Origin: an uncultured Ruminococcus sp.
GTDB taxonomy: Bacteria > Bacillota > Clostridia > Oscillospirales > Acutalibacteraceae
Direction: 5' to 3'
Length of the DNA: 64,000 nucleotides
Assembly (NCBI GenBank): GCA_902773135.1
Contig: CACYDP010000100.1
Coordinates: 49 to 64,048, forward strand
Below are positions 34,575-44,267 of this stretch, piece after piece. Under the pieces are notes generated by a model. The model was not told where the DNA came from and did not search any database. It saw only the letters and a list, made by a program, of their open reading frames with translations. The translations under genes were made by a program, and so were the position numbers. Position 1 is the stretch's first letter. Every line of letters begins with the position of its first letter.

Positions 34575-35999
34575 TTATGAAATCACCACTGAAACCGAAT
34601 AATTGGAAATATCCCTGTTGCCTGTTTCAATTAATGCCGTGAAACCGTATTCTGACTTTTCTTCCAGTTCCAACAATGATGTTTCGGTTATCGGAAAAGC
34701 CTCATAAAATGCTTTGCCGTTACTGTCAGACAAGACAATGTATATGTTGCTTTCATCGGATACATTTTCCGAATCAATCACACCATATACCTTCAGACTG
34801 TTTTCTGATTTTTCCGTTTTAATGATATTTTTGTCATCTGAATTGATTTCTTTTCCGATGACATTATCAACCGAAGGTGCATATATTATCGGAGTTATAT
34901 CTGTTATCGTGTCCAGATTTCTTTCTACAATTTCATAGACAACATCATTATAACCTGCTGTATCAATATTTGTAAGGTCAAAAGAACGGTATCTGGTAAT
35001 ATATGTACTGTTGTAATTGTCAATCAGAAACGGGAGCATTGAACGTCCGAACGAATCCCTTGACATATACAAAGAACCGTTTCCGTCGGAATTTCTTGTC
35101 TGAATAACGGTATCTATTTTTTCACTGTCTCCCATAAGATTTTCCATAAGAGCATTATTGTCCATTGCGGCGGCACGAGGCTTTAAAAATTTGTATTTGT
35201 CATACGACATATCAAAATAATATTGCATACAGGTGTTGGGGGATGACGGATAAAGCATTTTTGACAAATCGCCTGACCAGTCATTTTTTGTTGAATATGA
35301 AATTCCGCTGTAACTTTTATGATGGTTGTCAAGCCCCTGCATAATCGCATTATAACTGTAAAGTGCCGCAAGATTGTTCCAATGAGTATCGTTTTTCAGA
35401 TAAAGTTCCGCACCGTTTTTCTTCTGTTCTTTCAAAGTTTTTTCCAAATCGACATAGTTAATATTCATCTTTTCCATTTGTTTTTTCAGCTTTGAAAGAT
35501 TGCTGTCCTTTCCATTGATATAACCAATCGGCATATTTTCGGGGTAAACAGTGTTTTTGTTTGGTGCAACGGTAAACACAAAGTCTGCATTATGAGCATT
35601 TGAATATTCCTGCATAAGCCTTATTGTTTCGGCAATATTATGAATTTCACGGTCGGAAACCGTTACTCCTATATAATCGTTTACCGTTTCTTCCGAAAAC
35701 AAATATCCATTTTTACCTGCAATAACTTTATTATTGTTTTTCATCAGAATACCGCTTTCGATTTTATTTTGTGCGGTAATGATTTCGGGTCTGAACGGAA
35801 TGATTTGTGTAAACCATCTATCAAATTGGTCTGAAAAGTTTTCGTTTATTTTACCGTCATTTAAAAGTTCCGGTTTTTCCGCCGGCGGTTCGTTTCCGAC
35901 AGCCTCCGACACCGGCAGAAACGACATCAGCACGAGAGGTGTACAGCAGACCGTAAAAAATAGAATAATATAGATAATTTTAATACTTTTTTTCATCAT
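34575..35999 (-). CDS. DHHW/AlgJ-AlgX-like extracytoplasmic SGNH-type protein, partner of the MBOAT.
   Basis: It has an N-terminal TM/signal segment and an LKNDTHWNN (DxHW) motif. It lies 11 nt downstream of the MBOAT gene. Confidence 0.6.
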   Translation of the reverse strand: MMKKSIKIIYIILFFTVCCTPLVLMSFLPVSEAVGNEPPAEKPELLNDGKINENFSDQFDRWFTQIIPFRPEIITAQNKIESGILMKNNNKVIAGKNGYLFSEETVNDYIGVTVSDREIHNIAETIRLMQEYSNAHNADFVFTVAPNKNTVYPENMPIGYINGKDSNLSKLKKQMEKMNINYVDLEKTLKEQKKNGAELYLKNDTHWNNLAALYSYNAIMQGLDNHHKSYSGISYSTKNDWSGDLSKMLYPSSPNTCMQYYFDMSYDKYKFLKPRAAAMDNNALMENLMGDSEKIDTVIQTRNSDGNGSLYMSRDSFGRSMLPFLIDNYNSTYITRYRSFDLTNIDTAGYNDVVYEIVERNLDTITDITPIIYAPSVDNVIGKEINSDDKNIIKTEKSENSLKVYGVIDSENVSDESNIYIVLSDSNGKAFYEAFPITETSLLELEEKSEYGFTALIETGNRDISNYSVSVVIS

Positions 36000-36010
36000 G
36001 CCGTCCCCCT

Positions 36011-37423
36011 TTAAAATCTGAAATAAATAAATGGATTATATGCAGATGTAAACACACTCATAACACATATTCCGAAAAGTACAATTGAAACGGCACATGA
36101 GCAGTATTCGTTTATATTGCTGTGTCCTTTTTCGGTCAGTTTATTTTTCAGATTTGGAATAACAGGTGTTGAAAACAAAAATGCCATGACAGCAACAAGA
36201 GCAAAATACGGTGTCATGTAAGAAAATACAAGACTGCTCTGCAAATATTCGCCTTTCAATGCGGTAAACATATGAGCTATATATTTCACTGCATGAGAGA
36301 TATTATCTGCACGGAAAAATATAAATGTGAACATTGCTGCGAAAATAACATATATATGAGATATTATCTTTGCTGCCGTATGATTCTTTTTTGTAAACGG
36401 CACAGCACCGTAGCTTTCAAGCAAAAGCAGCATACCATGCAGAAGTCCCCATACAACAAATGTAAGATTCGCTCCGTGCCATAATCCTGTAAGGAAAAAT
36501 ACTATACATTTATTTATGCTTGTTCTTAACTTGCCTTTTCTGTTTCCTCCAAGCGGGATATACACATACTCTTTAAACCATGTAGAAACCGAAATATTCC
36601 ATTTTCTCCAGAAGTCGGTCATTGAAGATGCTGCATAAGGATAGTTGAAGTTTTCCTTAAATTCAAAGCCGAACATTTTACCAAGACCTATTGCCATGTC
36701 GCTGTATCCGCTGAAATCAAAGAATATTTGCAGCATATACGCTGCCGCACCTACCCAGAGTGCTCCCGATGACATCAAATTTATATCATTGTTAAATGCA
36801 GCATCGGCGATCTGACCCATAGTATTGGCAATAATCATCTTTTTTGAAAGTCCGTATATAAAACGTCTGATACCGCATATTGTGTTATCAAGCGTCAGAG
36901 TACGGTTTTTTATCTGGTCGGAAAGGTCTGAAAATTTTACTATGGGACCCGCTATCAGTTGCGGAAACAGTGAAATATAAAGGAAGATATTTAAAATATT
37001 TTTTTCTTTCAGAGAGTTATCTTTATAAACATCTATGACATATGACATTGCCTGGAATGTAAAGAAAGATATTCCGACAGGCAAGTCAATATTTGGATTT
37101 ACGATAGTTACAGGCAATACGCTGTTTATAAGATCTATGCTGAAACAAAGATACTTAAATACATAAAGCATTGCAATATTGAATATGATTGAAACAATTA
37201 ATATTAGTTTTCGTTTTTCGGTTGTCACACCAAGTCCAAAAAGATAATTTACGATTATTGACAAAATCATCAATAAAACCGCTTTCGGTTCTCCGTATGC
37301 ATAAAAACAAAGACTTGCCAATATAAGTATGATATTTCTTATTTTTATATTCCTGCATATTATGTAAAGAATATAAGTAACAGGCAGGAATATAAACAAA
37401 AATACTGTGGAACTGAAAACCAT
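36011..37423 (-). CDS. MBOAT family O-acyltransferase (AlgI/DltB-like).
   Basis: This 470-aa polytopic protein shows FWRKWNISVSTWFKEYVYIPLGGNRKG and the catalytic-His motif FFLTGLWHGAN. Confidence 0.85.
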   Translation of the reverse strand: MVFSSTVFLFIFLPVTYILYIICRNIKIRNIILILASLCFYAYGEPKAVLLMILSIIVNYLFGLGVTTEKRKLILIVSIIFNIAMLYVFKYLCFSIDLINSVLPVTIVNPNIDLPVGISFFTFQAMSYVIDVYKDNSLKEKNILNIFLYISLFPQLIAGPIVKFSDLSDQIKNRTLTLDNTICGIRRFIYGLSKKMIIANTMGQIADAAFNNDINLMSSGALWVGAAAYMLQIFFDFSGYSDMAIGLGKMFGFEFKENFNYPYAASSMTDFWRKWNISVSTWFKEYVYIPLGGNRKGKLRTSINKCIVFFLTGLWHGANLTFVVWGLLHGMLLLLESYGAVPFTKKNHTAAKIISHIYVIFAAMFTFIFFRADNISHAVKYIAHMFTALKGEYLQSSLVFSYMTPYFALVAVMAFLFSTPVIPNLKNKLTEKGHSNINEYCSCAVSIVLFGICVMSVFTSAYNPFIYFRF

Positions 37424-37435
37424 ACTGACCTCCGA

Positions 37436-39349
37436 TTACTCCGCTTTAGGATATTTGTTTCTGTCCCATTTAAAATATGGAGCAATAGCATTGTCGGTTA
37501 CAAGATAGAATCTTGGAAGTCCTATTACGGGGGTCGAATCTATATGACGCCATTTTCCTGATACTTTTACCATGCACCAGTTATGAGGACCGCCGCCTGT
37601 GTACATATCAATACCATCATTAATTCTTACTGCCTCAAAGCCTGCTCTGTCCAAAAGGTAATACAAAATAGCTGCACGATGATAGCAGGCACCTCTCCTG
37701 TATTTTAACGCATATACACATAAATTTTCAAGAGTATCCGAACGTGCCGAACCTGTATAGGACATAGACATTGAGTAGCTGTAAAATGCCGGTATGCTCT
37801 TTCCTTTGCTGAAAATAATATCATCGGCAATTGTGGGAAGTGTTGAAGTATTTACTGTACTGTAATTTTTATAATTTCCCAAAGAAAGATTATAAAGCCA
37901 GCCTATTCTGTTATTATACTTTACCTTAAACCAATTTCCGCTCTTTGTTATAATATTTACTTGTGCACCTGACGGAACTTTCTCATACGACCATGATGCC
38001 CATTTTGCACTTGCCTGAATATATGATGTATTTATAACTTTGGTTGATGTTTTGCTGTAAATATTGATTCCGATATATTTTGAAACATATTTTCCGTCAG
38101 CATCAATTCCTGCAACACGGAAAGTATATTCTCCTGCGTTTGCAAATTTAAGGTTGTAGGACGAACTTGTTGTATAGTCTGTAAGTTCCTGCCAACTTCC
38201 GCTGCCTGTACGGTAAGAATACTTATATTTATACGGCATCGAACCGCCTGTAAACTTTGCATTGAATGTTATTGTACTTCCTTCAACGGCAGAAGTTGCA
38301 TTTGAGTTTGAATCATTTGCACTCAAAGCTGTTCCCATGGATTTTTTGACTGTCAAATCAACATACTTTGATGTATAGTTATTGTCTGCGTCAAGTACAC
38401 CTATTCTTACAGTATAGAATCCCGAAGTATTCGGCACAGTTATCTTCTTGTTTGTGTCTGTTGTATATCCACCAACAGATACCCATTCACTGCTGCCGTT
38501 TCTGCGGTATGAATATTTATATTTATACGGTGCCGTACCGCCTTTGAACTTTGCTGCTGCTGTTACGGTACCGCCGACATTCACCGTGCCGGTGTTCAGC
38601 GATGAACCGTTATTTGCAAGTGTCTGACCGGTTTTTTGTTTAACTGTGATATTGATGTATTTTGATGTATAGTGATTATCCGCATCAAGAGCACCTATTC
38701 TTACGGTATAGAATCCCGGAGTGTTCGGCACAGTTATCTTCTTGTTTGTATCTGTTGTATATCCACCAACAGATACCCATTCGCCGCTGCCGTTACGGTA
38801 TGAATATTTATACTTATACGGTGCTGTGCCGCCTTTGAAATCTGCTGTTGCCGTTATTGTGTTGCCGATATATGCTGTATTACTGCTGACAGATGAATTA
38901 CTATTTTCAAACAGCTGACCTGTTTTTTGCTTAACTACAACATTCAGATATTTTGATGTGTAATTATTCTCGGAATCCTTTATACACACTCTTACAGTAT
39001 ATTCTCCGATATGATCCGACAGTTTCAAAGAGTATGAACTTATGCTGCTGTAATCTGAAGCAGTTACCCATTCACCGTTTTTGATGCGATATGTATATTT
39101 ATATTTGTACGGAGCTGTTCCTCCTGTTGCTTTTGCGTATACTGTAAGACCCTCTCCAACATATACGGAATCTGAACTCAATTTTGTTTCTGATGCATCA
39201 AGTTTCGTTGTTTGAACGGATAAAGTCTGGTATGCATAAACCGTTTTATCTTCTGCTGCATTTACAGTTGTATTCAAGCCAACAAATGCTCCGCAGCACA
39301 ATGCTGATGCAAGTAAGACCGTAAGGATTCTTTTTCTTTCTTTTTTCAT
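37436..39349 (-). CDS. Secreted protein with four triple-tyrosine (Y_Y_Y-like) Ig-fold repeats, an SH3b-like domain and a C-terminal transglutaminase-like Cys-protease fold.
   Basis: It has a signal peptide. The motif GG(T/S)(A/M)PYKYKY(S/T)YR..G.(E/S)W occurs four times. WFKVKYNNRIGWLYN is SH3b-like. GACYHRAA...GGGPHNWCMV...WRHIDSTP supplies a C/H/D triad. Confidence 0.65.
   Translation of the reverse strand: MKKERKRILTVLLASALCCGAFVGLNTTVNAAEDKTVYAYQTLSVQTTKLDASETKLSSDSVYVGEGLTVYAKATGGTAPYKYKYTYRIKNGEWVTASDYSSISSYSLKLSDHIGEYTVRVCIKDSENNYTSKYLNVVVKQKTGQLFENSNSSVSSNTAYIGNTITATADFKGGTAPYKYKYSYRNGSGEWVSVGGYTTDTNKKITVPNTPGFYTVRIGALDADNHYTSKYINITVKQKTGQTLANNGSSLNTGTVNVGGTVTAAAKFKGGTAPYKYKYSYRRNGSSEWVSVGGYTTDTNKKITVPNTSGFYTVRIGVLDADNNYTSKYVDLTVKKSMGTALSANDSNSNATSAVEGSTITFNAKFTGGSMPYKYKYSYRTGSGSWQELTDYTTSSSYNLKFANAGEYTFRVAGIDADGKYVSKYIGINIYSKTSTKVINTSYIQASAKWASWSYEKVPSGAQVNIITKSGNWFKVKYNNRIGWLYNLSLGNYKNYSTVNTSTLPTIADDIIFSKGKSIPAFYSYSMSMSYTGSARSDTLENLCVYALKYRRGACYHRAAILYYLLDRAGFEAVRINDGIDMYTGGGPHNWCMVKVSGKWRHIDSTPVIGLPRFYLVTDNAIAPYFKWDRNKYPKAE
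38059..39214 (-). repeat. Tandem domain repeats of about 291-294 bp inside the YYY gene, with the two central copies near-identical.
   Basis: Positions 38398-38545 and 38692-38836 are almost identical, with a period of 294 bp and one 3-nt indel. Confidence 0.85.
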
Positions 39350-39483
39350 AAATGATTTCTCCTGTTACAATATATTTGTCTGATTCTTCCCCTGCAACCA
39401 GTAGGGGAAGAACCGGCAGCTTTGTTAAGTAAATGCCTTGATACATTATTTTATAGATGATAAAAGTCTGTCATCTCATATTT

Positions 39484-39512
39484 AGTATATAACAACCTAA
39501 AATTATTGTCAA
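39484..39512 (-). promoter_or_regulatory. Sigma-A type promoter of the four-gene operon.
   Basis: On the minus strand: TTGACA (39512-39507), a 17-nt spacer and TATACT (39489-39484). It leaves a 5' UTR of about 130 nt. Confidence 0.6.
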
Positions 39513-39566
39513 CGACAACCTAATTTATTTAATATCTTAAAGATGTTATCATTGAAGCATAAGGGA

Positions 39567-39929
39567 TTATCTGATAAGAATATGAGCCAGCAGAACGGCA
39601 AGGATACAAAACACCACAGTCGATAACATATACAGTATGCCGGTCAGTGCCGAACCCGATTCCAAAAGTTCAAAGGACTCGAGTGAAAATGTTGAAAATG
39701 TGGTAAATCCGCCGCAGATACCTGTTTTTAAAAACAAAATGATTTTCGGGTCAAAATCGGCATATTTGGCAGACAAAGCCGAGATAATGCCGATGGCAAA
39801 AGCACCGGCGGCGTTGATGATAAAAGTATTGACCGGAAAGCCGTTGGAATTTCCGATTGGAATCAGTCCGATGAGATACCTCAGAATCGCACCGATACAC
39901 CCGCCCGCACCGACAAATAATAAATTCAT
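39567..39929 (-). CDS. crcB: Fluoride ion channel CrcB/FluC.
   Basis: The product reads MNLLFVGAGGCIGAILRY...GICGGFTTFSTFSLE. An RBS (AAGGAGG) is present, and a GTG at 39932 is an alternative start. Confidence 0.85.
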   Translation of the reverse strand: MNLLFVGAGGCIGAILRYLIGLIPIGNSNGFPVNTFIINAAGAFAIGIISALSAKYADFDPKIILFLKTGICGGFTTFSTFSLESFELLESGSALTGILYMLSTVVFCILAVLLAHILIR

Positions 39930-40022
39930 CACAAAATATTCCTCCTTAGACCCTGTTTCCCGTTTGCTGTAAGCAGGCAGCAAAGGCTTGACAATCCTGA
40001 AAAGATTCTGATATGATAGCCC

Positions 40023-41327
40023 TTAGGTGAAATTTTTCAAAATCGGACGCAGAGAGCCTGCTAAATACAGCGAACCGAAAACAACGACAGCATCATCAGG
40101 ACCGGTTGTCAAACGTATTTTTTCGGGAAGAGAATGGTAGTCAGGCAATTGCTCGATGTTGGCATTGTCTTTTTGATACTTATGAATGATTTCGCAAAGA
40201 GAAGGTATCTCCATCGCTCTCGGATTGTCAGGAGCTGCTGCAATGATATGGTCAAATTTCGGAATCAGCAGGGACAGAGCTTTTTCAACATCTTTGTCGG
40301 CAAGCATACCGACAACCGCTGTTTTCTTTCTGCCGCTCAGATAGGTGTCAATAGCTTTGGAGAGTGCCTTTGCACCACCCGGGTTGTGTGCTCCGTCAAG
40401 AAGCACAATGGGTTTTTCGCTGATCAATTCAAGACGTGCCGGGAAAAATACCGTTGCAAAACCTTTTTGCACCGCATCGTCATTGATAGTGATGCCTTTT
40501 TCCCTGAGTGCCGAAATGGTGTACAGGGCAGCGGCGGCATTGTTCAACTGATGTTCGCCGATAAAGGGGATATGCAGTCTGATATTGTCAAAAACAGAAT
40601 TGGTAAATAGGAAATCCGAACCGTGCAGGTCGGAAGAGAGGGGGGTGACAGAATGAATGTCCGCTATATAGAATCGATTGTTTCTTTCTTCCGCCGTTTT
40701 TCTGATCAGTTCCATTACACTGCCCGGCTGTTCGCCGTAGGCAACGGTGATGCCGCCGTTTTTGATGATACCGCATTTTTCTGCGGCAATTTTTTCGTAA
40801 GTATCACCGAGTATCGCCGTGTGGTCGAGTGAAATGGAAGTGATCACGGAGACCAGAGGGGTATCAATGATATTGGTTGCATCAAAGCGGCCGCCCAACC
40901 CTGTTTCAAGCACAACAACATCACATTTTTGCTGTGCGTACCAATATAAAGCCACAGCAAAAATGAATTCAAATTCGGTGATGATTTTCTGTTCTTGTTT
41001 CATTGCTTCTGCGATCGGATAAATTTTTTCTACTGCCTGTACCAGTTCATCTTCGCTGATCATTTCGCCGTTGATCTGAAATCTTTCACGAAAATCCGTA
41101 ATGTACGGCGATATAAACAGTCCTGTTTTATATCCGGCACATTTTAGAGTATTGGCTGTCAGTGCCGAAACAGAGCCTTTGCCGTTGGTACCGGCAATAT
41201 GTACGAATTTTAATTGCTGATCGGGAGAACCGATTCTTTCGATGAGTTCACGAATTCTTTGCAGTCCCGGTTTGATACCGAAGATCAGCAGAGAATTGAT
41301 TTTTTCCATTGCTTCCGTATATGTCAT
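40023..41327 (-). CDS. folC: Folylpolyglutamate synthase / dihydrofolate synthase.
   Basis: It shows HIAGTNGKGS (P-loop), LETGLGGRFDATN and DGAHNPGG. An RBS (GGAGG) precedes the ATG at 41327. Confidence 0.9.
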   Translation of the reverse strand: MTYTEAMEKINSLLIFGIKPGLQRIRELIERIGSPDQQLKFVHIAGTNGKGSVSALTANTLKCAGYKTGLFISPYITDFRERFQINGEMISEDELVQAVEKIYPIAEAMKQEQKIITEFEFIFAVALYWYAQQKCDVVVLETGLGGRFDATNIIDTPLVSVITSISLDHTAILGDTYEKIAAEKCGIIKNGGITVAYGEQPGSVMELIRKTAEERNNRFYIADIHSVTPLSSDLHGSDFLFTNSVFDNIRLHIPFIGEHQLNNAAAALYTISALREKGITINDDAVQKGFATVFFPARLELISEKPIVLLDGAHNPGGAKALSKAIDTYLSGRKKTAVVGMLADKDVEKALSLLIPKFDHIIAAAPDNPRAMEIPSLCEIIHKYQKDNANIEQLPDYHSLPEKIRLTTGPDDAVVVFGSLYLAGSLRPILKNFT

Positions 41328-41409
41328 TTTCAACCTCCGAAGTAGACTTATAAATAGTATATAACGGAATGCGGTCTGTGTCAAATCATTCAAAATAAAG
41401 GGGAATCTT

Positions 41410-42747
41410 ATGAATACACCGATTTATTCACAATTAATCAAACATCAGCAGGAGAATCGCTCGTCTTTTCATACGCCGGGTCATAAATGCTCGGATTTTC
41501 TGCCAAAAGAACTGCTGAGGCTTGATTTCACCGAATTGCCCGATACCGATGCTTTATATGAAGCAGAGGGGATCATACTGGAAACCGAAAAAAATTTATC
41601 TCGTCTTTTTGATACCGAGCGAACTGTCATTTCATCGGGAGGCTGTACACTTGCCATTCAGACAATGATTAAACTGGCTTTTGACCGTTCGGTGCGTATG
41701 GGACATCGAACCCATCGAATGTTATTTGCGAGAAATTCTCATAGGAGTGCTGTCAATACAATGGCATTGCTCGGCATTGATCCTGTGTGGGTCTATCCGA
41801 AAAGTGAGTGCGGTTTGTTTACCGGAAGAACGGAAGCAGAAGACATTGAAACAATACTAAATGATAATCCCGATATATCAGCAGTATATCTGACCAGTCC
41901 GAACTACTACGGAGAGATCAGCGACATAGCCGCCATATCGGAAGTATGCCATCGCAAAAATGCCATTCTGATGGTTGATAATGCACACGGCTCACATTTA
42001 GCTTTCGGCGGTGAAAATCTCCATCCGATTCATCTTGGTGCGGATATGACAGCTTGTTCGCTTCATAAGACTCTGCCGGTTCTGACAGGCGGTGCGGTAT
42101 GCAATATCAATCATCCGGATTTAGTACGTTATGTCAAAGAATCAATGTCGCTTTTTGGCTCAACCAGTCCGTCTTATCCGATTATGTGTTCAATCGATCT
42201 GTGCTGTGATTATTTATTAAACGGAAGCGGGAAAAGGGATTATACGTTGCTGGAAGAAACAACAAAGCATATCAAAAAGATTGCTGAAGAAAAAAATCTG
42301 CTCCTTCCCGAACGCTTTGGTTTGTGCGACCCTTTGAGAATCTGTATTAATACGTCTTTGGCAGGTATTTCAGGAAAAATGCAGGAACAATATTTTGCGG
42401 AACATCACATTGACTGCGAATTCTGTGACGGAGAAAATGCTGTGTTAATTTGCACACCGTTTAATTCTGAAGAAGATTTTTCAAGATTGGAAACAGCCGT
42501 CAGAGATTTACCGGTCATTGCAAAACGACATTCTTTTTCCGTACATATTCCCGCTGTTCCGGAAAAAATCTGCACACCGAGAGAAGCAATGCTGGCACCC
42601 GGCGAAACGGTTTCCCCCGAAAATGCCGCAGGACGCACAGCGGCAGATACAGCTTGTCCTTGTCCGCCGGGAGTGCCTGTGATAATGCCCGGTGAAAAAA
42701 TAGATGAAAATATTCACTTAACCCAACCCATCAAAGTCACTCTGTAA
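41410..42747 (+). CDS. PLP-dependent Orn/Lys/Arg decarboxylase family protein.
   Basis: It shows FHTPGHK and the PLP-lysine motif CSLHKTLPVLTGGA. Confidence 0.8.
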   Translation: MNTPIYSQLIKHQQENRSSFHTPGHKCSDFLPKELLRLDFTELPDTDALYEAEGIILETEKNLSRLFDTERTVISSGGCTLAIQTMIKLAFDRSVRMGHRTHRMLFARNSHRSAVNTMALLGIDPVWVYPKSECGLFTGRTEAEDIETILNDNPDISAVYLTSPNYYGEISDIAAISEVCHRKNAILMVDNAHGSHLAFGGENLHPIHLGADMTACSLHKTLPVLTGGAVCNINHPDLVRYVKESMSLFGSTSPSYPIMCSIDLCCDYLLNGSGKRDYTLLEETTKHIKKIAEEKNLLLPERFGLCDPLRICINTSLAGISGKMQEQYFAEHHIDCEFCDGENAVLICTPFNSEEDFSRLETAVRDLPVIAKRHSFSVHIPAVPEKICTPREAMLAPGETVSPENAAGRTAADTACPCPPGVPVIMPGEKIDENIHLTQPIKVTL

Positions 42748-42787
42748 AAAAACGGTCCGACAGCTGAAAAATGTCGGACCGTTTTGG
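42745..42787. terminator. Bidirectional terminator between the decarboxylase gene and sigF.
   Basis: Stem AACGGTCCGACA / TGTCGGACCGTT, flanked by A7 and T4. Confidence 0.7.
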
Positions 42788-42811
42788 GATAATCGGAAAA
42801 ACCGCACGCTG

Positions 42812-43465
42812 CTAAGATAATTGATTCCGCAGGTACAAAAGAATTTTCTTTTCTCTTCTGGATACTTGTACTTGTGTCATACCGAGTATCTTTGCGGCAG
42901 CGGATTGGGTAAGCCCTTGATAAAATCGTAACTGTATCAGTTTTTTGTCGTTTTCGGAAAGTTTTTCGATTTCTGATTGAAGCGAAAGTATTTCTGTCAC
43001 ATTTTCGTCAGGCGGCATCATCGGTATATCATTCTGACAGTCGCCGCTGTCACTGCTGATGGTCAGCGATACGGGAGGTATAGATGCACTGATGGCTTCC
43101 GTGATCATTTCGGGTGAAACATTCAGTTTTTCGCTCAGCTGTGTCACGGTCGGTTCATAACCGTTTTGCAGAGAAAAGTCCTGTATTTCACGGCTGACTT
43201 TCAGTGACAGTTCTTTCAGACTGCGTGATATTTTGATGGCACCTCCGTCACGGAATAAACGTTTGATTTCTCCGATGATCACCGGAACGGCATAAGTGGA
43301 AAACCGATACCCAAGTTCTTCTTTAAAACCCTCTGCCGCCTTGATCAGACCAAGACAGCCCGCCTGATAAAGATCGTCATATTCTATGCCTCGTCCTTTG
43401 AAACGTTTGGCACAGGAATGAACAAGACCCAGATTATCTTCCGCTGTAATATTGTTCTGCCCCAT
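42812..43465 (-). CDS. sigF: Sporulation sigma factor sigma-F.
   Basis: Region 2 shows DLYQAGCLGLIKA and FSTYAVPVIIGEIKR, and region 4 has the HTH LTQSAAAKILGMTQVQVSRREK. It is the third gene of a spoIIA-type operon. Confidence 0.85.
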   Translation of the reverse strand: MGQNNITAEDNLGLVHSCAKRFKGRGIEYDDLYQAGCLGLIKAAEGFKEELGYRFSTYAVPVIIGEIKRLFRDGGAIKISRSLKELSLKVSREIQDFSLQNGYEPTVTQLSEKLNVSPEMITEAISASIPPVSLTISSDSGDCQNDIPMMPPDENVTEILSLQSEIEKLSENDKKLIQLRFYQGLTQSAAAKILGMTQVQVSRREKKILLYLRNQLS

Positions 43466-43467
43466 AT

Positions 43468-43911
43468 TTATACCCTCGGACTTAATCTTTTTTTCAATAT
43501 GACGGTTGTCCCTTTTCCGATTTTTGACCGTACTTTTACGCTGTCGGTAAAACTCTGCATCAGTGTAAAGCCCAGTCCCGAACGTTCATCTTCGGGAGCA
43601 GTGGTATACAAAGGCTCCATCGCCTGCTTGATATTTTCCATTCCGCAGCCTTTGTCACGGATTTTGATCTCTACCATATTTTGATCAAAAATTTTGACGT
43701 TAAGATATATTTTTCCGATAGTATCTCTGTAAGCGTGTACCACACAGTTGGTCACTGCTTCGCTGACAGCGGTTTTGATGTCGTTGATTTCCGATACGGT
43801 CGGGTCAAGATATGTGATGAATGATGCTACCGCCGAGCGGGCAAAGGATTCGCCGGAAGATCTGCTCTCAAAGGTCAGCGACATTTCATTCTGACTGTTC
43901 ATTATGTTCAC
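43468..43911 (-). CDS. spoIIAB: Anti-sigma-F factor (serine kinase).
   Basis: It has an HATPase_c fold, with EAVTNCVVHAY (N box) and DKGCGMENI...SGLGFTLM (G boxes). Confidence 0.9.
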   Translation of the reverse strand: MNIMNSQNEMSLTFESRSSGESFARSAVASFITYLDPTVSEINDIKTAVSEAVTNCVVHAYRDTIGKIYLNVKIFDQNMVEIKIRDKGCGMENIKQAMEPLYTTAPEDERSGLGFTLMQSFTDSVKVRSKIGKGTTVILKKRLSPRV

Positions 43912-43912
43912 C

Positions 43913-44215
43913 TCATTTATCAGTTATATGCAAAGAACTTAATCCCGAAAGATTCATCACATAACGCAGTCTTTCGGGTATGTTAATGACCTTGGTTTTG
44001 CCGCCGTAAAGTGACATCAGACGATACCGCCCCATAATCAGACCGATTCCGGAGCTGTCGGAAAAACCGACATCAGAAAAATCCATATTCAGCAGTACCG
44101 GTTTGTTTTGCTGTATCAGACTGTCGGTTTCTTCACGGATTTTTCTGGCACCGTGATGATCGATTTCACCGCTGAGATAGACCGTCAATACATTGTTCTT
44201 GAAATCATATTTCAC
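43913..44215 (-). CDS. spoIIAA: Anti-sigma-F factor antagonist (STAS).
   Basis: It has a STAS fold with the phosphorylatable Ser in FSDSSGIGLI. Confidence 0.9.
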   Translation of the reverse strand: MKYDFKNNVLTVYLSGEIDHHGARKIREETDSLIQQNKPVLLNMDFSDVGFSDSSGIGLIMGRYRLMSLYGGKTKVINIPERLRYVMNLSGLSSLHITDK

Positions 44216-44267
44216 TGTATCACCCCCGTTGGTTCTATTTTATCATTTTGCTGTACGGTATTCTGTC

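Noticed and set aside
39930-40022. An expected fluoride riboswitch (crcB motif) upstream of crcB.
   Set aside because: Only about 90 nt separate crcB from the folC stop codon, and I could not find the conserved crcB-motif pseudoknot elements. The gene is probably co-transcribed with folC.
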